Shown: one piece after another, positions 37,818 to 47,104 of the stretch
Numbering within the stretch: position 1 is the first letter of the stretch
Layout of the letters: every line of letters begins with the position of its first letter
Assembly (NCBI GenBank): GCA_038210275.1
Contig: JBBQWV010000002.1
Coordinates: 134,141-198,140 of the forward strand
Source: Candidatus Kapaibacterium sp.
Lineage (GTDB): Bacteria > Bacteroidota > Ignavibacteria > Palsa-1295
DNA length: 64,000 bases
Direction of reading: 5' to 3'
The notes under the pieces: model-generated
Databases searched by the model: none
What the model was told of the DNA's origin: nothing
The model's input: only the letters and a program-made list of their open reading frames with translations
Made by a program: the position numbers and the translations under genes

Positions 37818-40790
37818 CTATTTTAATACACTGACATTCCGGCTCATCACTTTGCCATTGCAATCAACTCGCAAGGTATAATGTCCTGCCGGAATATTGC
37901 GCAGATCAAGCGGCAGATCATACGAGCCTTGATAGAGTTCGCCGTTTACAACATTCGCAACTTCTCTTCCAAGATCATCAAAGAGAGAAATTTTTACTTC
38001 GCCGAAATTTGCAAGAGTCAGTTTTACTTTTGCATCGGTTTGCGCAGGGTTCGGCATGATACTCACGCTTGTTACTGAATTCCCATCTGCGGTGACTCCA
38101 TTATTCGGTGTATTCATCGTTTCGATATAATACCAAGGAGTATTGATGACTGATTGGTCTATCGCAATTTTAAATGTATTAGTGCCGGTGATCTTGATCC
38201 CCTCGATTGAAGAAGCCATCATATTTCCAGTTTGATCGAGCGGGTGAACGATGAGGCGATTCGAATCAGAATTCACAAAAAATTCAAATTTTCCGGCACT
38301 CATGATCGTCGGTGCTGCTCCCCAATGATTGCCGATACTGGAATCTCCGTATTGCCAAATAGCACGGGAGTTTTGAGAGCGAGTAGCCGTTGTCAAAAGC
38401 ATAGTCGATGATGAAAGCTGTGAAAGCAATATCGACTGCAAATCTCCGGCATTATCCAATCTTCGAAACTTGAGCGCTCCGTCTTTGACTGTATCAGCGC
38501 CAAATACTCCAACGGCAGCATTGAATCCATTTGAATTGGCTAAGAAATATCTACCAGTTTGGCTCCAGCGGAGTTCGCCGGTTGCGGATATTTTTGTTGA
38601 GGTATCGGTGGTATATGGATATTCAGCAGCCACCTTCGGTGTCGTTACATCAAACTTCTGACGGACAAGATCCTGAGTAGCAATATTGGGGTCAAGATAT
38701 CCTTCGACTCCGAAGGGTCCTTGATAATGACCCGGCACACTTTCGAGCAAAACATCATCAGCAACGTGAGTCACGGTATCAACCGACGTAGCAGCTTTTA
38801 TTTTCTGATTTCTGAATGCATCGCTTGCCTGTGGCATTTGGATAAGAAGCGACGGACTGCCTGCTATACTCCACCAACTACCGGCACGGGCGATGTTTGC
38901 GAAAAGATCTTCATAGTATGTTGCATAATTGACAAAGAAAAGCCCGTCCCAATCTTGTAATGAAGCATAAGAAGTAAAGAATGGTACTACTTCTGCGGAT
39001 TGTTGATTAGTCACAAGATTCATAAACCTCCCGACAAACGGCTTTCCTGCTATGCTTGCCGCAGCGAGACTTCCCATAGTCCCATTTCCAGCATCGGAAA
39101 GAATATTATTATTGAGCATCACCCAAGTTGAGTCTGAGTACGCTGGTCCACCAGGTCGGGTATGTGGATAATCGGTATTAATGTGCGACTGAGCAAAATC
39201 ACTATACCTATTTGCATAATGATCCTGCAACGTTCCCCAATACTCTGGTGCATAAAAGTTTACGAGTACAGGTGATTTTAATGTATCGGTAATACATTTT
39301 TTTATCGCCGTGAAATAATCATTTTGTAAAGAATCGTAAAAGAGAGCCAAATCACGCGGTCTCTGACGTGGAAGCAGATCAGTTTCGCCAAATTTAATTC
39401 GGACAATAGATGAAGTTGAACTGGCTTCACCGGGGAAGAGTCCATATTCCACTTTTCGCTTGATCGAAACTGCATCGAACATCACATCACCTAATTGCTG
39501 TCCTAAAGCGAAGTATAATGTATGCAAACCACCTGCCTTCGCTCTGAACGGAAAAGTATATTTTTTCCATGATGTATCAATTGTCTGGCTCACTCCAAGA
39601 GAGTTGATGCCGGTTTGATATTGTGAAAGGTATGCATAGATCGATCTGGTAAGTACCGGATTTGCAGGACTATAACGAATCTTCGCATAGAACGATAATT
39701 CATAAAGAGTATCTTTTCCTAAACGTGGAGTAGTGTTCTGCAAGTAAGCGTCGAAGGAACTTGGTGTAGCACTTAGACTGCTTATAATAGCAAGCATACA
39801 ATATTGCGAATCAATGGCTGGTGAAAAAATTGTTTTATCACCTGTCGCTCCATTTCCTACAGCAAATGACCAGATTGCCGATCCTACTTGCTCAAAACTT
39901 CCGTTACCAATTAAATTCGGTGGGTTTGGCGGCGCTCCCCCAGCCCAAGCATTATTGATTCCAACATCACTTCCATATTTATGCAAGAGATATTGCGAGA
40001 ACAGAGTATCCAATCGGCGCGAGCGATTCCAGCCTATAGATTGTCCATTCCGGTAAGTACTATTGTCAACCCAATTTATCATTCCGGCACGCCAACCCGT
40101 AAGAAGACTAAAGCCAGGTGAAGTAACTTCGACTGCCGCAAGAACGGGGTCATCGGCAAGCCTTAAACCTGTTAAAGGATTAATATGTGTCAGAATGGTT
40201 TTTACCCATTGGCGATGGAGTTCCGCTGCACGTCTATCAATAAAGTGGGTATATTGTGCACCCATTGTGCTATCAGGCTGTGCGACACCATCTGCCGCAA
40301 TAAAAGTATGTTGGGAATTTAAGACAAGGAATACATAGATACCTTGCTTTTTAAATTCGTTGAGCAGTGTATCAAACCGAGCAACTTGAACAGGATTGAC
40401 ATTATATGACGTAGTCGCATTCGGATAATCGAGAAAGCTTCCTTGCGCCCACCATACTTCATCGTTATCGATCAAACGGATAGCATTGAAACCAAGTTTA
40501 TGCAAACGCTTTGCAAGAACTCTTGCATCTGTTGCACTTAAGAATTGCGATGTATATTCTAACTCCGTTCCGAAGAAACGGATTCGCTCAGAGTTCTTAC
40601 CGCCAACATCAAAATGTCCGCCGTTCAGCGTCACTCTCCGTATAACAGTCGGCGGCTCAGGAAGTATTGAAGATTTTGATGTATCGCTTCCATCTTGTAC
40701 AAAAACATACGGCGATCTGATCGGCTGTGCAGAAATTGAACCTACACAAAGGATAATAATTATCGCAACAGAAGTAAAATATCGTTTCAT
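37818..40790 (-). CDS. large secreted protein with GH5-like TIM-barrel N-terminal region and T9SS C-terminal domain; putative glycoside hydrolase
   Basis: Signal peptide MKRYFTSVAIIIILCVGSISAQ. ...LHKLGFNAIRL... resembles the GH5 GFN(A/T)VR motif. C-terminus GHYTLRVDCNGKVMSRNVSVLK. Catalytic assignment uncertain. Confidence 0.45.
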   Translation of the reverse strand: MKRYFTSVAIIIILCVGSISAQPIRSPYVFVQDGSDTSKSSILPEPPTVIRRVTLNGGHFDVGGKNSERIRFFGTELEYTSQFLSATDARVLAKRLHKLGFNAIRLIDNDEVWWAQGSFLDYPNATTSYNVNPVQVARFDTLLNEFKKQGIYVFLVLNSQHTFIAADGVAQPDSTMGAQYTHFIDRRAAELHRQWVKTILTHINPLTGLRLADDPVLAAVEVTSPGFSLLTGWRAGMINWVDNSTYRNGQSIGWNRSRRLDTLFSQYLLHKYGSDVGINNAWAGGAPPNPPNLIGNGSFEQVGSAIWSFAVGNGATGDKTIFSPAIDSQYCMLAIISSLSATPSSFDAYLQNTTPRLGKDTLYELSFYAKIRYSPANPVLTRSIYAYLSQYQTGINSLGVSQTIDTSWKKYTFPFRAKAGGLHTLYFALGQQLGDVMFDAVSIKRKVEYGLFPGEASSTSSIVRIKFGETDLLPRQRPRDLALFYDSLQNDYFTAIKKCITDTLKSPVLVNFYAPEYWGTLQDHYANRYSDFAQSHINTDYPHTRPGGPAYSDSTWVMLNNNILSDAGNGTMGSLAAASIAGKPFVGRFMNLVTNQQSAEVVPFFTSYASLQDWDGLFFVNYATYYEDLFANIARAGSWWSIAGSPSLLIQMPQASDAFRNQKIKAATSVDTVTHVADDVLLESVPGHYQGPFGVEGYLDPNIATQDLVRQKFDVTTPKVAAEYPYTTDTSTKISATGELRWSQTGRYFLANSNGFNAAVGVFGADTVKDGALKFRRLDNAGDLQSILLSQLSSSTMLLTTATRSQNSRAIWQYGDSSIGNHWGAAPTIMSAGKFEFFVNSDSNRLIVHPLDQTGNMMASSIEGIKITGTNTFKIAIDQSVINTPWYYIETMNTPNNGVTADGNSVTSVSIMPNPAQTDAKVKLTLANFGEVKISLFDDLGREVANVVNGELYQGSYDLPLDLRNIPAGHYTLRVDCNGKVMSRNVSVLK

Positions 40791-40950
40791 AGCGAGATAA
40801 TAAATTTTGTAATGATCAAGACACAAACGCAGGTAGTCTTTTTGACCCCTTTGTAACTCTGGCGGATTTACAATTGGGCAACAATTGTTGCAAAATGTAA
40901 CATTGAGCTTTTAGAAAGCGTTACCCAAAAGTATATGCAAAAAGAGGCTA

Positions 40951-41658
40951 TTGCCAAGATTGAAAATTAGAAAATTAATTATATTCTTCCATAGAGCAAG
41001 CCTCCGTTCGTTGCGGAGTCCTGTCGCGATGATTTTGTTTTTGATTGCAGGAGTAGCGGCTTCTCCGCTTGATGCTCAAGTATTGCCTGATAGCGGCAAA
41101 CCACTTCCGGATATTGTCCTCTTCGCAGAAGGAGCAGGATTTATTCCCTTTCAACAAAGTTACCGTATCAATTATCAGACAAGCCTTGCAGGGCTTCCAA
41201 TCGAAATCGCAACAGGGGTTTGTTTCCCGGTAAATAGCTCTTTATCTGCAATGTGCGAATTTCGGTATAAACGGCGTACGGCAGCATTTGTATCAGATTT
41301 TAGAATTAAGACTCTGGAAATTGAATTAGGAGTTCGTGATTATCTCGAAAAAGAACATGAGAAAGATCTTCGACTTTATGGAAGTGCTGGCTTGATCTTG
41401 GCTAAATCAACAGCCGCCGGAATTATAAATGCAACTTCGGACGGAATAAACGTAATACCTTCTGAGGTGAGTCAGGACTACTTTAATATCGGCATTGCCT
41501 TAGGTCTTGGTGTTGAATATGCTCTCACCAATGCTTCAAGTATTTATTTAGGCATCCATATGGGCATTTATTTTGCCGATCCGATAAAGAGCGGCGGGCT
41601 TGGAAATATCGGCGGACTTTCGATTGGATTGGGATACCGTATAGCATTAGGAAATTAA
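40951..41658 (+). CDS. hypothetical outer-membrane beta-barrel protein
   Basis: Signal peptide (…AGVAASPLDAQ) then alternating hydrophobic pattern with Gly-rich C-terminus. Start may be the internal ATG at about 41029. Confidence 0.4.
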   Translation: MPRLKIRKLIIFFHRASLRSLRSPVAMILFLIAGVAASPLDAQVLPDSGKPLPDIVLFAEGAGFIPFQQSYRINYQTSLAGLPIEIATGVCFPVNSSLSAMCEFRYKRRTAAFVSDFRIKTLEIELGVRDYLEKEHEKDLRLYGSAGLILAKSTAAGIINATSDGINVIPSEVSQDYFNIGIALGLGVEYALTNASSIYLGIHMGIYFADPIKSGGLGNIGGLSIGLGYRIALGN

Positions 41659-41660
41659 AT

Positions 41661-42152
41661 ATGAAGAGTAAAAATCTTTTTTTGAATGAACGAAATCTTT
41701 GGCTTTTAGCATTTTGCTTCTTGCCCTGTTTTCTTGCGTGCCGGGATTTCCAAACTCCCGATCAATCCATTCACATTCAAGGAACAGCACAATACTCAAT
41801 TCGTAAAACATTCCGCATTCAAAGTTCAGGCATATTTCCTGATTCACTTGCTCCTATTTATCCGAATCCTTTCAATCACAATATCGGTGATAGTGCCGAG
41901 ACGATCAATTTTACATTGAAGGATACCGGAGAAGTGAAGATTATTATTCAAAATCCTCTCGGAGATTCAGTTGCTATTTTCCGCGATAGCGTTCTGCTGC
42001 CAGGTAGTTTTACCGGCGCTTGGGAGCCTGTGAGTTCAAGTGGGATAAGGCTTCGCGCCGGTCTATATTTCATTACCATCCGCATCGCACCGAATGATCC
42101 GAATAGAAATTACATCAACTCTCGTTTATTACAAATCCAATCCAATGATTAA
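41661..42152 (+). CDS. hypothetical lipoprotein
   Basis: Cys-containing signal region LLAFCFLPCFLACRD. Overlaps the next gene by 8 nt. Confidence 0.35.
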   Translation: MKSKNLFLNERNLWLLAFCFLPCFLACRDFQTPDQSIHIQGTAQYSIRKTFRIQSSGIFPDSLAPIYPNPFNHNIGDSAETINFTLKDTGEVKIIIQNPLGDSVAIFRDSVLLPGSFTGAWEPVSSSGIRLRAGLYFITIRIAPNDPNRNYINSRLLQIQSND

Positions 42153-43089
42153 GAAAATTTTTGCAACAAATAAATTCATTCTGCTTATTGCCATCGTTGT
42201 TTTAACCTCTTCTTTGTATGGACAGAATAAATCCACATACTTGAAAAACGGTGTCCTGATTGCACGATTTCCGATGCATTTCACGAATGGATTTATGTTC
42301 ATCACCGTTCCGGTTATTGATACGGATATCTTCGGCAAGGCGATTACTCTGAGCAGAAGTTTTATCCTCGATCCGGCTGCCTCAAATGATGGAAGTTTTA
42401 TGCCCGATGATTCTTTGGTTAATGTCACAGGAAATAGAAAATTCTATTTCCCGGTTTCACCTCAACGAACTCTTACAGCAGAACTTGTCCCTACTCTTGC
42501 TAAGGGAATTTACAAAAGAACAGATACCTCATTTTATGGCGTTCTTGGGTATGCCTTTATTCGCAAATACATCACGATCATTAATTTCTTTGAACGCTCG
42601 GTTTCGTTCTATTCGCTTTCCGAAGGAGCGTCTGATTGGGATGCGCGTTTAGATACTGCTGCGATTCATGTTCCATATCTTGACGATGCGATCTTAGATC
42701 ATTGCAATTGTTCATTCCCTACTATGTGGTTCGAAGTAAAAGCTCCGCCGCTCAAAGAAGGCCGAGTTCATTTCTCACTTGCAGAGCGACAATCGGTTAT
42801 CTTCAAACAAGCACTTGAACCAAAAACTCAAAAATTTATTGATGACGATTGGCGGAAGGATTCGCTTTCGGGTAAGAAGACAAGTCTGGGCGGTATAGAA
42901 GTGGCAAAATTCGAACTTGGAGGCATCAATATTGCGGACCGTAGTCCACGACGAGCCATAAATAATTTACCGCCGATCTTCCGTAATCTAAATATTTTTA
43001 TCACCGGCACTGTTGCTGTTGATGTGCTCCGGCATTTCCATGCCGTCATTATTGATCCGACAAGATCACGAGTGATGCTGGTTAAGTAG
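42145..43089 (+). CDS. secreted protein with two retropepsin-like (clan AA) lobes, catalytic motifs degenerate
   Basis: GVLGYAFIRKYITIINFFERSVSF and TGTVAVDVLRHFHAVIIDPTRSRVML match the C-terminal LG.DFL..F...ID pattern of Asp_protease_2 domains. The first lobe has ILDPAAS in place of LDTGAS. Confidence 0.3.
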   Translation: MIKKIFATNKFILLIAIVVLTSSLYGQNKSTYLKNGVLIARFPMHFTNGFMFITVPVIDTDIFGKAITLSRSFILDPAASNDGSFMPDDSLVNVTGNRKFYFPVSPQRTLTAELVPTLAKGIYKRTDTSFYGVLGYAFIRKYITIINFFERSVSFYSLSEGASDWDARLDTAAIHVPYLDDAILDHCNCSFPTMWFEVKAPPLKEGRVHFSLAERQSVIFKQALEPKTQKFIDDDWRKDSLSGKKTSLGGIEVAKFELGGINIADRSPRRAINNLPPIFRNLNIFITGTVAVDVLRHFHAVIIDPTRSRVMLVK

Positions 43090-43108
43090 TTATTTTATAA
43101 ATAACTAC

Positions 43109-43681
43109 TTAAAAAATAGCAACAGATAATGAAAATCCCACAATTGCTTGGGCGATCAGTGAACTTCTTGCTATTGGGCTATCTTTTTTTCTCAAGAGAC
43201 CGATAGGAGTCCACCATGCCCAAGTTATTTCCCTCTGCTGAAGACCGTTATTAACCCTATTATCTCTTGCCCATCCAGGATTTAGTGCATTTGCCCAACC
43301 ATAGTAACCAATATCTGTCCCCCAAGTCCACCAAATTAAATTAAAGGAAACGGCAGAATTAATACCACATTCTTTATAAAGAAAATACGTGATCGCAGCT
43401 TGAACGGTAGTTTGTAGGATACGGTAAGAAAATGGTGCTTTGTTATTACCCCTTACCAAATTATAACCGACATAATCAAAAAGTGAAAAAAGAAGTGTCG
43501 CACCCAAAACATAACCGCCATTCTCAAGTTTTGTAGAAAAAGACTCTCTTGGAGGAAAACGAAAAACCGTCAATGAATCGCTTTGACCAGACAATACCGC
43601 AGAAGAATCAACTTGTCCAAACACAACTCCTTTTGTGGCAAGCACAAGAAGACCGTACACTACAATATTCTTAAACAACAT
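43109..43681 (-). CDS. hypothetical secreted/membrane protein
   Basis: Signal peptide MLFKNIVVYGLLVLATKGVVFGQ. Trp/Tyr-rich. Confidence 0.35.
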   Translation of the reverse strand: MLFKNIVVYGLLVLATKGVVFGQVDSSAVLSGQSDSLTVFRFPPRESFSTKLENGGYVLGATLLFSLFDYVGYNLVRGNNKAPFSYRILQTTVQAAITYFLYKECGINSAVSFNLIWWTWGTDIGYYGWANALNPGWARDNRVNNGLQQREITWAWWTPIGLLRKKDSPIARSSLIAQAIVGFSLSVAIF

Positions 43682-43696
43682 TATAGATAGTATCTC

Positions 43697-44413
43697 CTAC
43701 ATTTCACCCGCAACCAGTCTCTTCTTCAATTGCGAAATATGCCAAGTAATATTAATCTCCTTCGGACAGGCTTCAACGCAGTTGAAAATCGTATGACAGC
43801 GCCAAATACCATCGGCAGAATCAAGCGCATCCATGTGCTCTTCAGGAGCTTCATCGCGTGTATCAAAAGCAAAGCGGTAGCCTTTTAAAATGGCTGCAGG
43901 TCCGAGGTAATTTTCATTCGACCAAAGCGAGGGACAGCTTGTCGTGCAACATGCACACATGATGCACTTCGATGACTCCATCAGAAGCTCAGCATCTGGG
44001 CTTGATTGATACCGCTCCATTTCAGGAGGTGGAGTCTTCGTAATCAGATACGGCTTCACCAACTCATATTTCTTATAAAAATCCGTCATCTCGATCACGA
44101 GATCTTTGACGATCGGCAAATATGGCAAAGGCTCAATTGTGACAACCTTGCCGTCACCAATGCCTTTAATATCTTTAAGCAAAAGTGAACAGGCAAGAGT
44201 ATTCTTTCCGTTAATCTTCATCCCGTCCGAGCCGCACACGCCATGGGCACAAGAACGGCGAAAGGTCAGGGTACCATCGATCTTCCATTTAATATCATGA
44301 AGCGCATCGAGGACACGGTATGTGCCATCGAGATTGTCGAGAGTATAGTCCTGAAAATATGGCTTGGCATCCTTCTCAGGATTATAGCGCTGAATACGGA
44401 AAGTTACTTTCAT
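43697..44413 (-). CDS. sdhB: succinate dehydrogenase/fumarate reductase iron-sulfur subunit
   Basis: 2Fe-2S Cys cluster (CAHGVCGSDGMKING), 4Fe-4S CIMCACCTTSCP and 3Fe-4S CHTIFNCVEACPK. Confidence 0.9.
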   Translation of the reverse strand: MKVTFRIQRYNPEKDAKPYFQDYTLDNLDGTYRVLDALHDIKWKIDGTLTFRRSCAHGVCGSDGMKINGKNTLACSLLLKDIKGIGDGKVVTIEPLPYLPIVKDLVIEMTDFYKKYELVKPYLITKTPPPEMERYQSSPDAELLMESSKCIMCACCTTSCPSLWSNENYLGPAAILKGYRFAFDTRDEAPEEHMDALDSADGIWRCHTIFNCVEACPKEINITWHISQLKKRLVAGEM

Positions 44414-44523
44414 GTACAGTACAACAAATTTATTTCTGCAAAATTACGGCTTTTTTCGCGCTTACGAGAATTATATTCGAAAAAGACGTATTTTTGTACG
44501 ATTTCACAAACACAAAAATCACC

Positions 44524-45624
44524 ATGAAATACTTTGTTACATTATTATTTGTTATTCTTTCATCTACTATTGCCTGTGCGCAGATCACAATCTCTGCAGA
44601 TGATTTCATTGCCGGATTTTCGAAGATCGGAAGTGCTGAACGTACTTCTTATAGCATTTCTTCATTGACGGGTTCAGGGATAGGGATGATTGCAAAAAAA
44701 ACCGGGGCTGGATTGGATTGGGATTTCTCTCCCTTCACGTTCGATCAGGAGACTACCGCCTCGCTACAAGTGATGGCTTATCCTGGTGGAGCGCCCTTTG
44801 CCAACGATCCTGACTTCACTACTGCAACTCATGTCATAAAAGTCGCACCGAAAAATCAAGGCGGTGCAACGATCTACCAATTCGTAAAAATCGATCAGAA
44901 CGGTTTCTTTAATCTCGGCTCTTCATCCGATACATTAGGCGGCAAGAAATTATTGTCTTATATTCCACCTTTGCAGGAATACAAATTCCCTATCACCTTT
45001 CAATCTTCGTGGGATAGTTACGGAAATTGGACCAATACTCCTGTAGCCGGGGTACTTGCATCGGATTCGATCCATGTTACCGTCGATGGATATGGTAGCC
45101 TTACAACCCCTATAGCAACTCATCAGAAGAAAGGCGCTTCTCCAATGGCATCCATAAATGATGCCCTTCGCATTACGACGAAAAAAACAAATACTATTAC
45201 TTATGGTACTTTCTCACAGTCCGTCGTTACATATAAGTATGAATGGCTTACAAAAGCCGACCACCGAGTAATTGCGAATGCTGACAAAGATCAAAAAATT
45301 ACAAGCTTTACCTATAGCGCCGGAACAAGCAGTTCCGTCGAAGAAGACTTCAGCCCCGAATCATCTTTGAATCTCCATCTCTCTGTCAACCCTGTATCAA
45401 ATTCTGAAACAAGATTTTTCTATACCTTGAAAAAAGGTGGCAATGCTCAAGTCAGTATCGTGAATATGCTTGGCAATGAAGTTTCGATGCTTCATAATGG
45501 TCCAGCTGAAGCGGGTCAGAATATCATCCCCATTGACCCCACAAAGTTTACTGCAGGAACATACTTCCTTCGAGTCAATGCCGAAGGAATGTCAGAAATG
45601 AGGAAACTTATCATTACAAAATAA
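44524..45624 (+). CDS. secreted protein with T9SS C-terminal sorting domain
   Basis: Signal peptide MKYFVTLLFVILSSTIACAQ. C-terminus AGTYFLRVNAEGMSEMRKLIITK. Confidence 0.55.
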   Translation: MKYFVTLLFVILSSTIACAQITISADDFIAGFSKIGSAERTSYSISSLTGSGIGMIAKKTGAGLDWDFSPFTFDQETTASLQVMAYPGGAPFANDPDFTTATHVIKVAPKNQGGATIYQFVKIDQNGFFNLGSSSDTLGGKKLLSYIPPLQEYKFPITFQSSWDSYGNWTNTPVAGVLASDSIHVTVDGYGSLTTPIATHQKKGASPMASINDALRITTKKTNTITYGTFSQSVVTYKYEWLTKADHRVIANADKDQKITSFTYSAGTSSSVEEDFSPESSLNLHLSVNPVSNSETRFFYTLKKGGNAQVSIVNMLGNEVSMLHNGPAEAGQNIIPIDPTKFTAGTYFLRVNAEGMSEMRKLIITK

Positions 45625-45644
45625 TCAATCTTATATCGGATCAG

Positions 45645-45673
45645 AAAGGCGGAGAGATCTCCGCCTTTTTTTA
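45645..45673 (+). terminator. rho-independent terminator (GGCGGAGAGATCTCCGCC then T7)
   Basis: Perfect 8-bp GC-rich stem flanked by AAA and TTTTTTT, between convergent genes. Confidence 0.6.
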
Positions 45674-45677
45674 TGCC

Positions 45678-47033
45678 CTAAGTTCTCTCAACCATTGGCA
45701 CATGGATCTCGACCGGCTCTAACCCGCCTTTACGCAAGGCATGGACTTTGTTTACTTCTCGGTGAGGACGTTCTGCCGAAACTTTGGCGGCAAACTCTTC
45801 TGGGAATCGCTGAATAGTAAATTTTACGGGCCATGCAGCTGCTTCGCCTAAAGCGCAGATCGTTCTGCCTTCAATATTTTTTGCAACATCTTCAAGTAGT
45901 GCAACATCTGCCGTCGAGCCTTCACCTGCATTGATGCGTTTTAAAACTTTATGAAGCCAGCCTGTTCCCTCTCGGCATGGAGTACACTGTCCGCAGGATT
46001 CATGCCAATAAAATTTTGAAATGCGCTGTAAGACTTTTACAATATCGGTATCTTCATCCATCACCATGATGCCACCTGTTCCGATGGATGAACCTACAGC
46101 CTTCAAACTTTCTGCATCCATCTTCACACCTTCAAGCGCATCACCACGCAACGGTGGCATTGATGATCCACCCGGAATTACCATCTTGATCTTTTTATTT
46201 CCCGGCACTCCTCCGCCATATTTATAGATCATATCAGTCAACAAAGTACCAGATGGTACTTCATAAACTCCTGGACGATTCACATGACCACTTACTCCAA
46301 GAAGTAAAGTACCCGGATGCTTCGCCTCCCCAATCTTAGAATATGCTTCAGCTCCCATCTTGAGTATTGGCGGAATGTTGGCGATAGTCTCGACATTATT
46401 GATCGTTGTCGGGTATCCCCAAAGCCCGTAGTTCGCTGGAAACGGCGGCTTGACTCGAGGATAACCGCGCTGACCTTCGAGCGAATTCATCAACGCTGAT
46501 TCTTCACCAACGATATATGCTCCGGCACCCTTGTGAACAGTTATATCAACAGAATAAGGAACGCCATCACCGGAAGCAGGAAAAGTCTGCTTCATCTTTT
46601 CGCCGATGAAACCGTGGGAATAAGCATCTGCAACAGCTTTTTCAACCATCTTCACCCAAGCCGCATATTCGCCGCGAATATAAACGTAAGCATGATTGAC
46701 CTGCATTGCATACGCAGCAAGCAACATCCCTTCGATCATCTGATGCGGATTGAACTCGAATATCTGCCGATCTTTAAATGATCCCGGCTCAGATTCATCG
46801 CCATTGATGAGCAAGAATTTTTTACGGTCAGTGCCTTTTGGCATGAACGTCCATTTTAATCCCGTAGGAAATGCAGCGCCGCCTCTTCCACGAAGACCGG
46901 ATTTTTTGACTTCTTCAGTAACCTCTTCAGGCTTCATCGAAAATGCTTTGCGCATCACCTCGCCATAGCCGCCATTTTTAATATAGACGTCAATGTCGCC
47001 GAGATTTGGAATATTTGGTAATACTAAGTTCAC
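45678..47033 (-). CDS. nuoF: NADH-quinone oxidoreductase subunit F (51-kDa, FMN/NADH-binding)
   Basis: GLRGRGGAAFPTGLKW FMN/NADH motif and C-terminal 4Fe-4S CGQCTPCREG. Confidence 0.9.
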   Translation of the reverse strand: MNLVLPNIPNLGDIDVYIKNGGYGEVMRKAFSMKPEEVTEEVKKSGLRGRGGAAFPTGLKWTFMPKGTDRKKFLLINGDESEPGSFKDRQIFEFNPHQMIEGMLLAAYAMQVNHAYVYIRGEYAAWVKMVEKAVADAYSHGFIGEKMKQTFPASGDGVPYSVDITVHKGAGAYIVGEESALMNSLEGQRGYPRVKPPFPANYGLWGYPTTINNVETIANIPPILKMGAEAYSKIGEAKHPGTLLLGVSGHVNRPGVYEVPSGTLLTDMIYKYGGGVPGNKKIKMVIPGGSSMPPLRGDALEGVKMDAESLKAVGSSIGTGGIMVMDEDTDIVKVLQRISKFYWHESCGQCTPCREGTGWLHKVLKRINAGEGSTADVALLEDVAKNIEGRTICALGEAAAWPVKFTIQRFPEEFAAKVSAERPHREVNKVHALRKGGLEPVEIHVPMVERT

Positions 47034-47056
47034 TGTTTGTTTTGTGTTACTTTCAT

Positions 47057-47094
47057 GTCATCGCGAGGAGTCCGCCGCGGCGAATTGCAATGAC
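47057..47094. repeat. family A-related short hairpin (terminal repeats only) between nuoE and nuoF
   Basis: GTCATCGCGAGGAGTCCGCCGCGGCGAATTGCAATGAC shares both A-family termini but lacks the internal region. Confidence 0.5.
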
Positions 47095-47104
47095 ACTATA
47101 AAAT

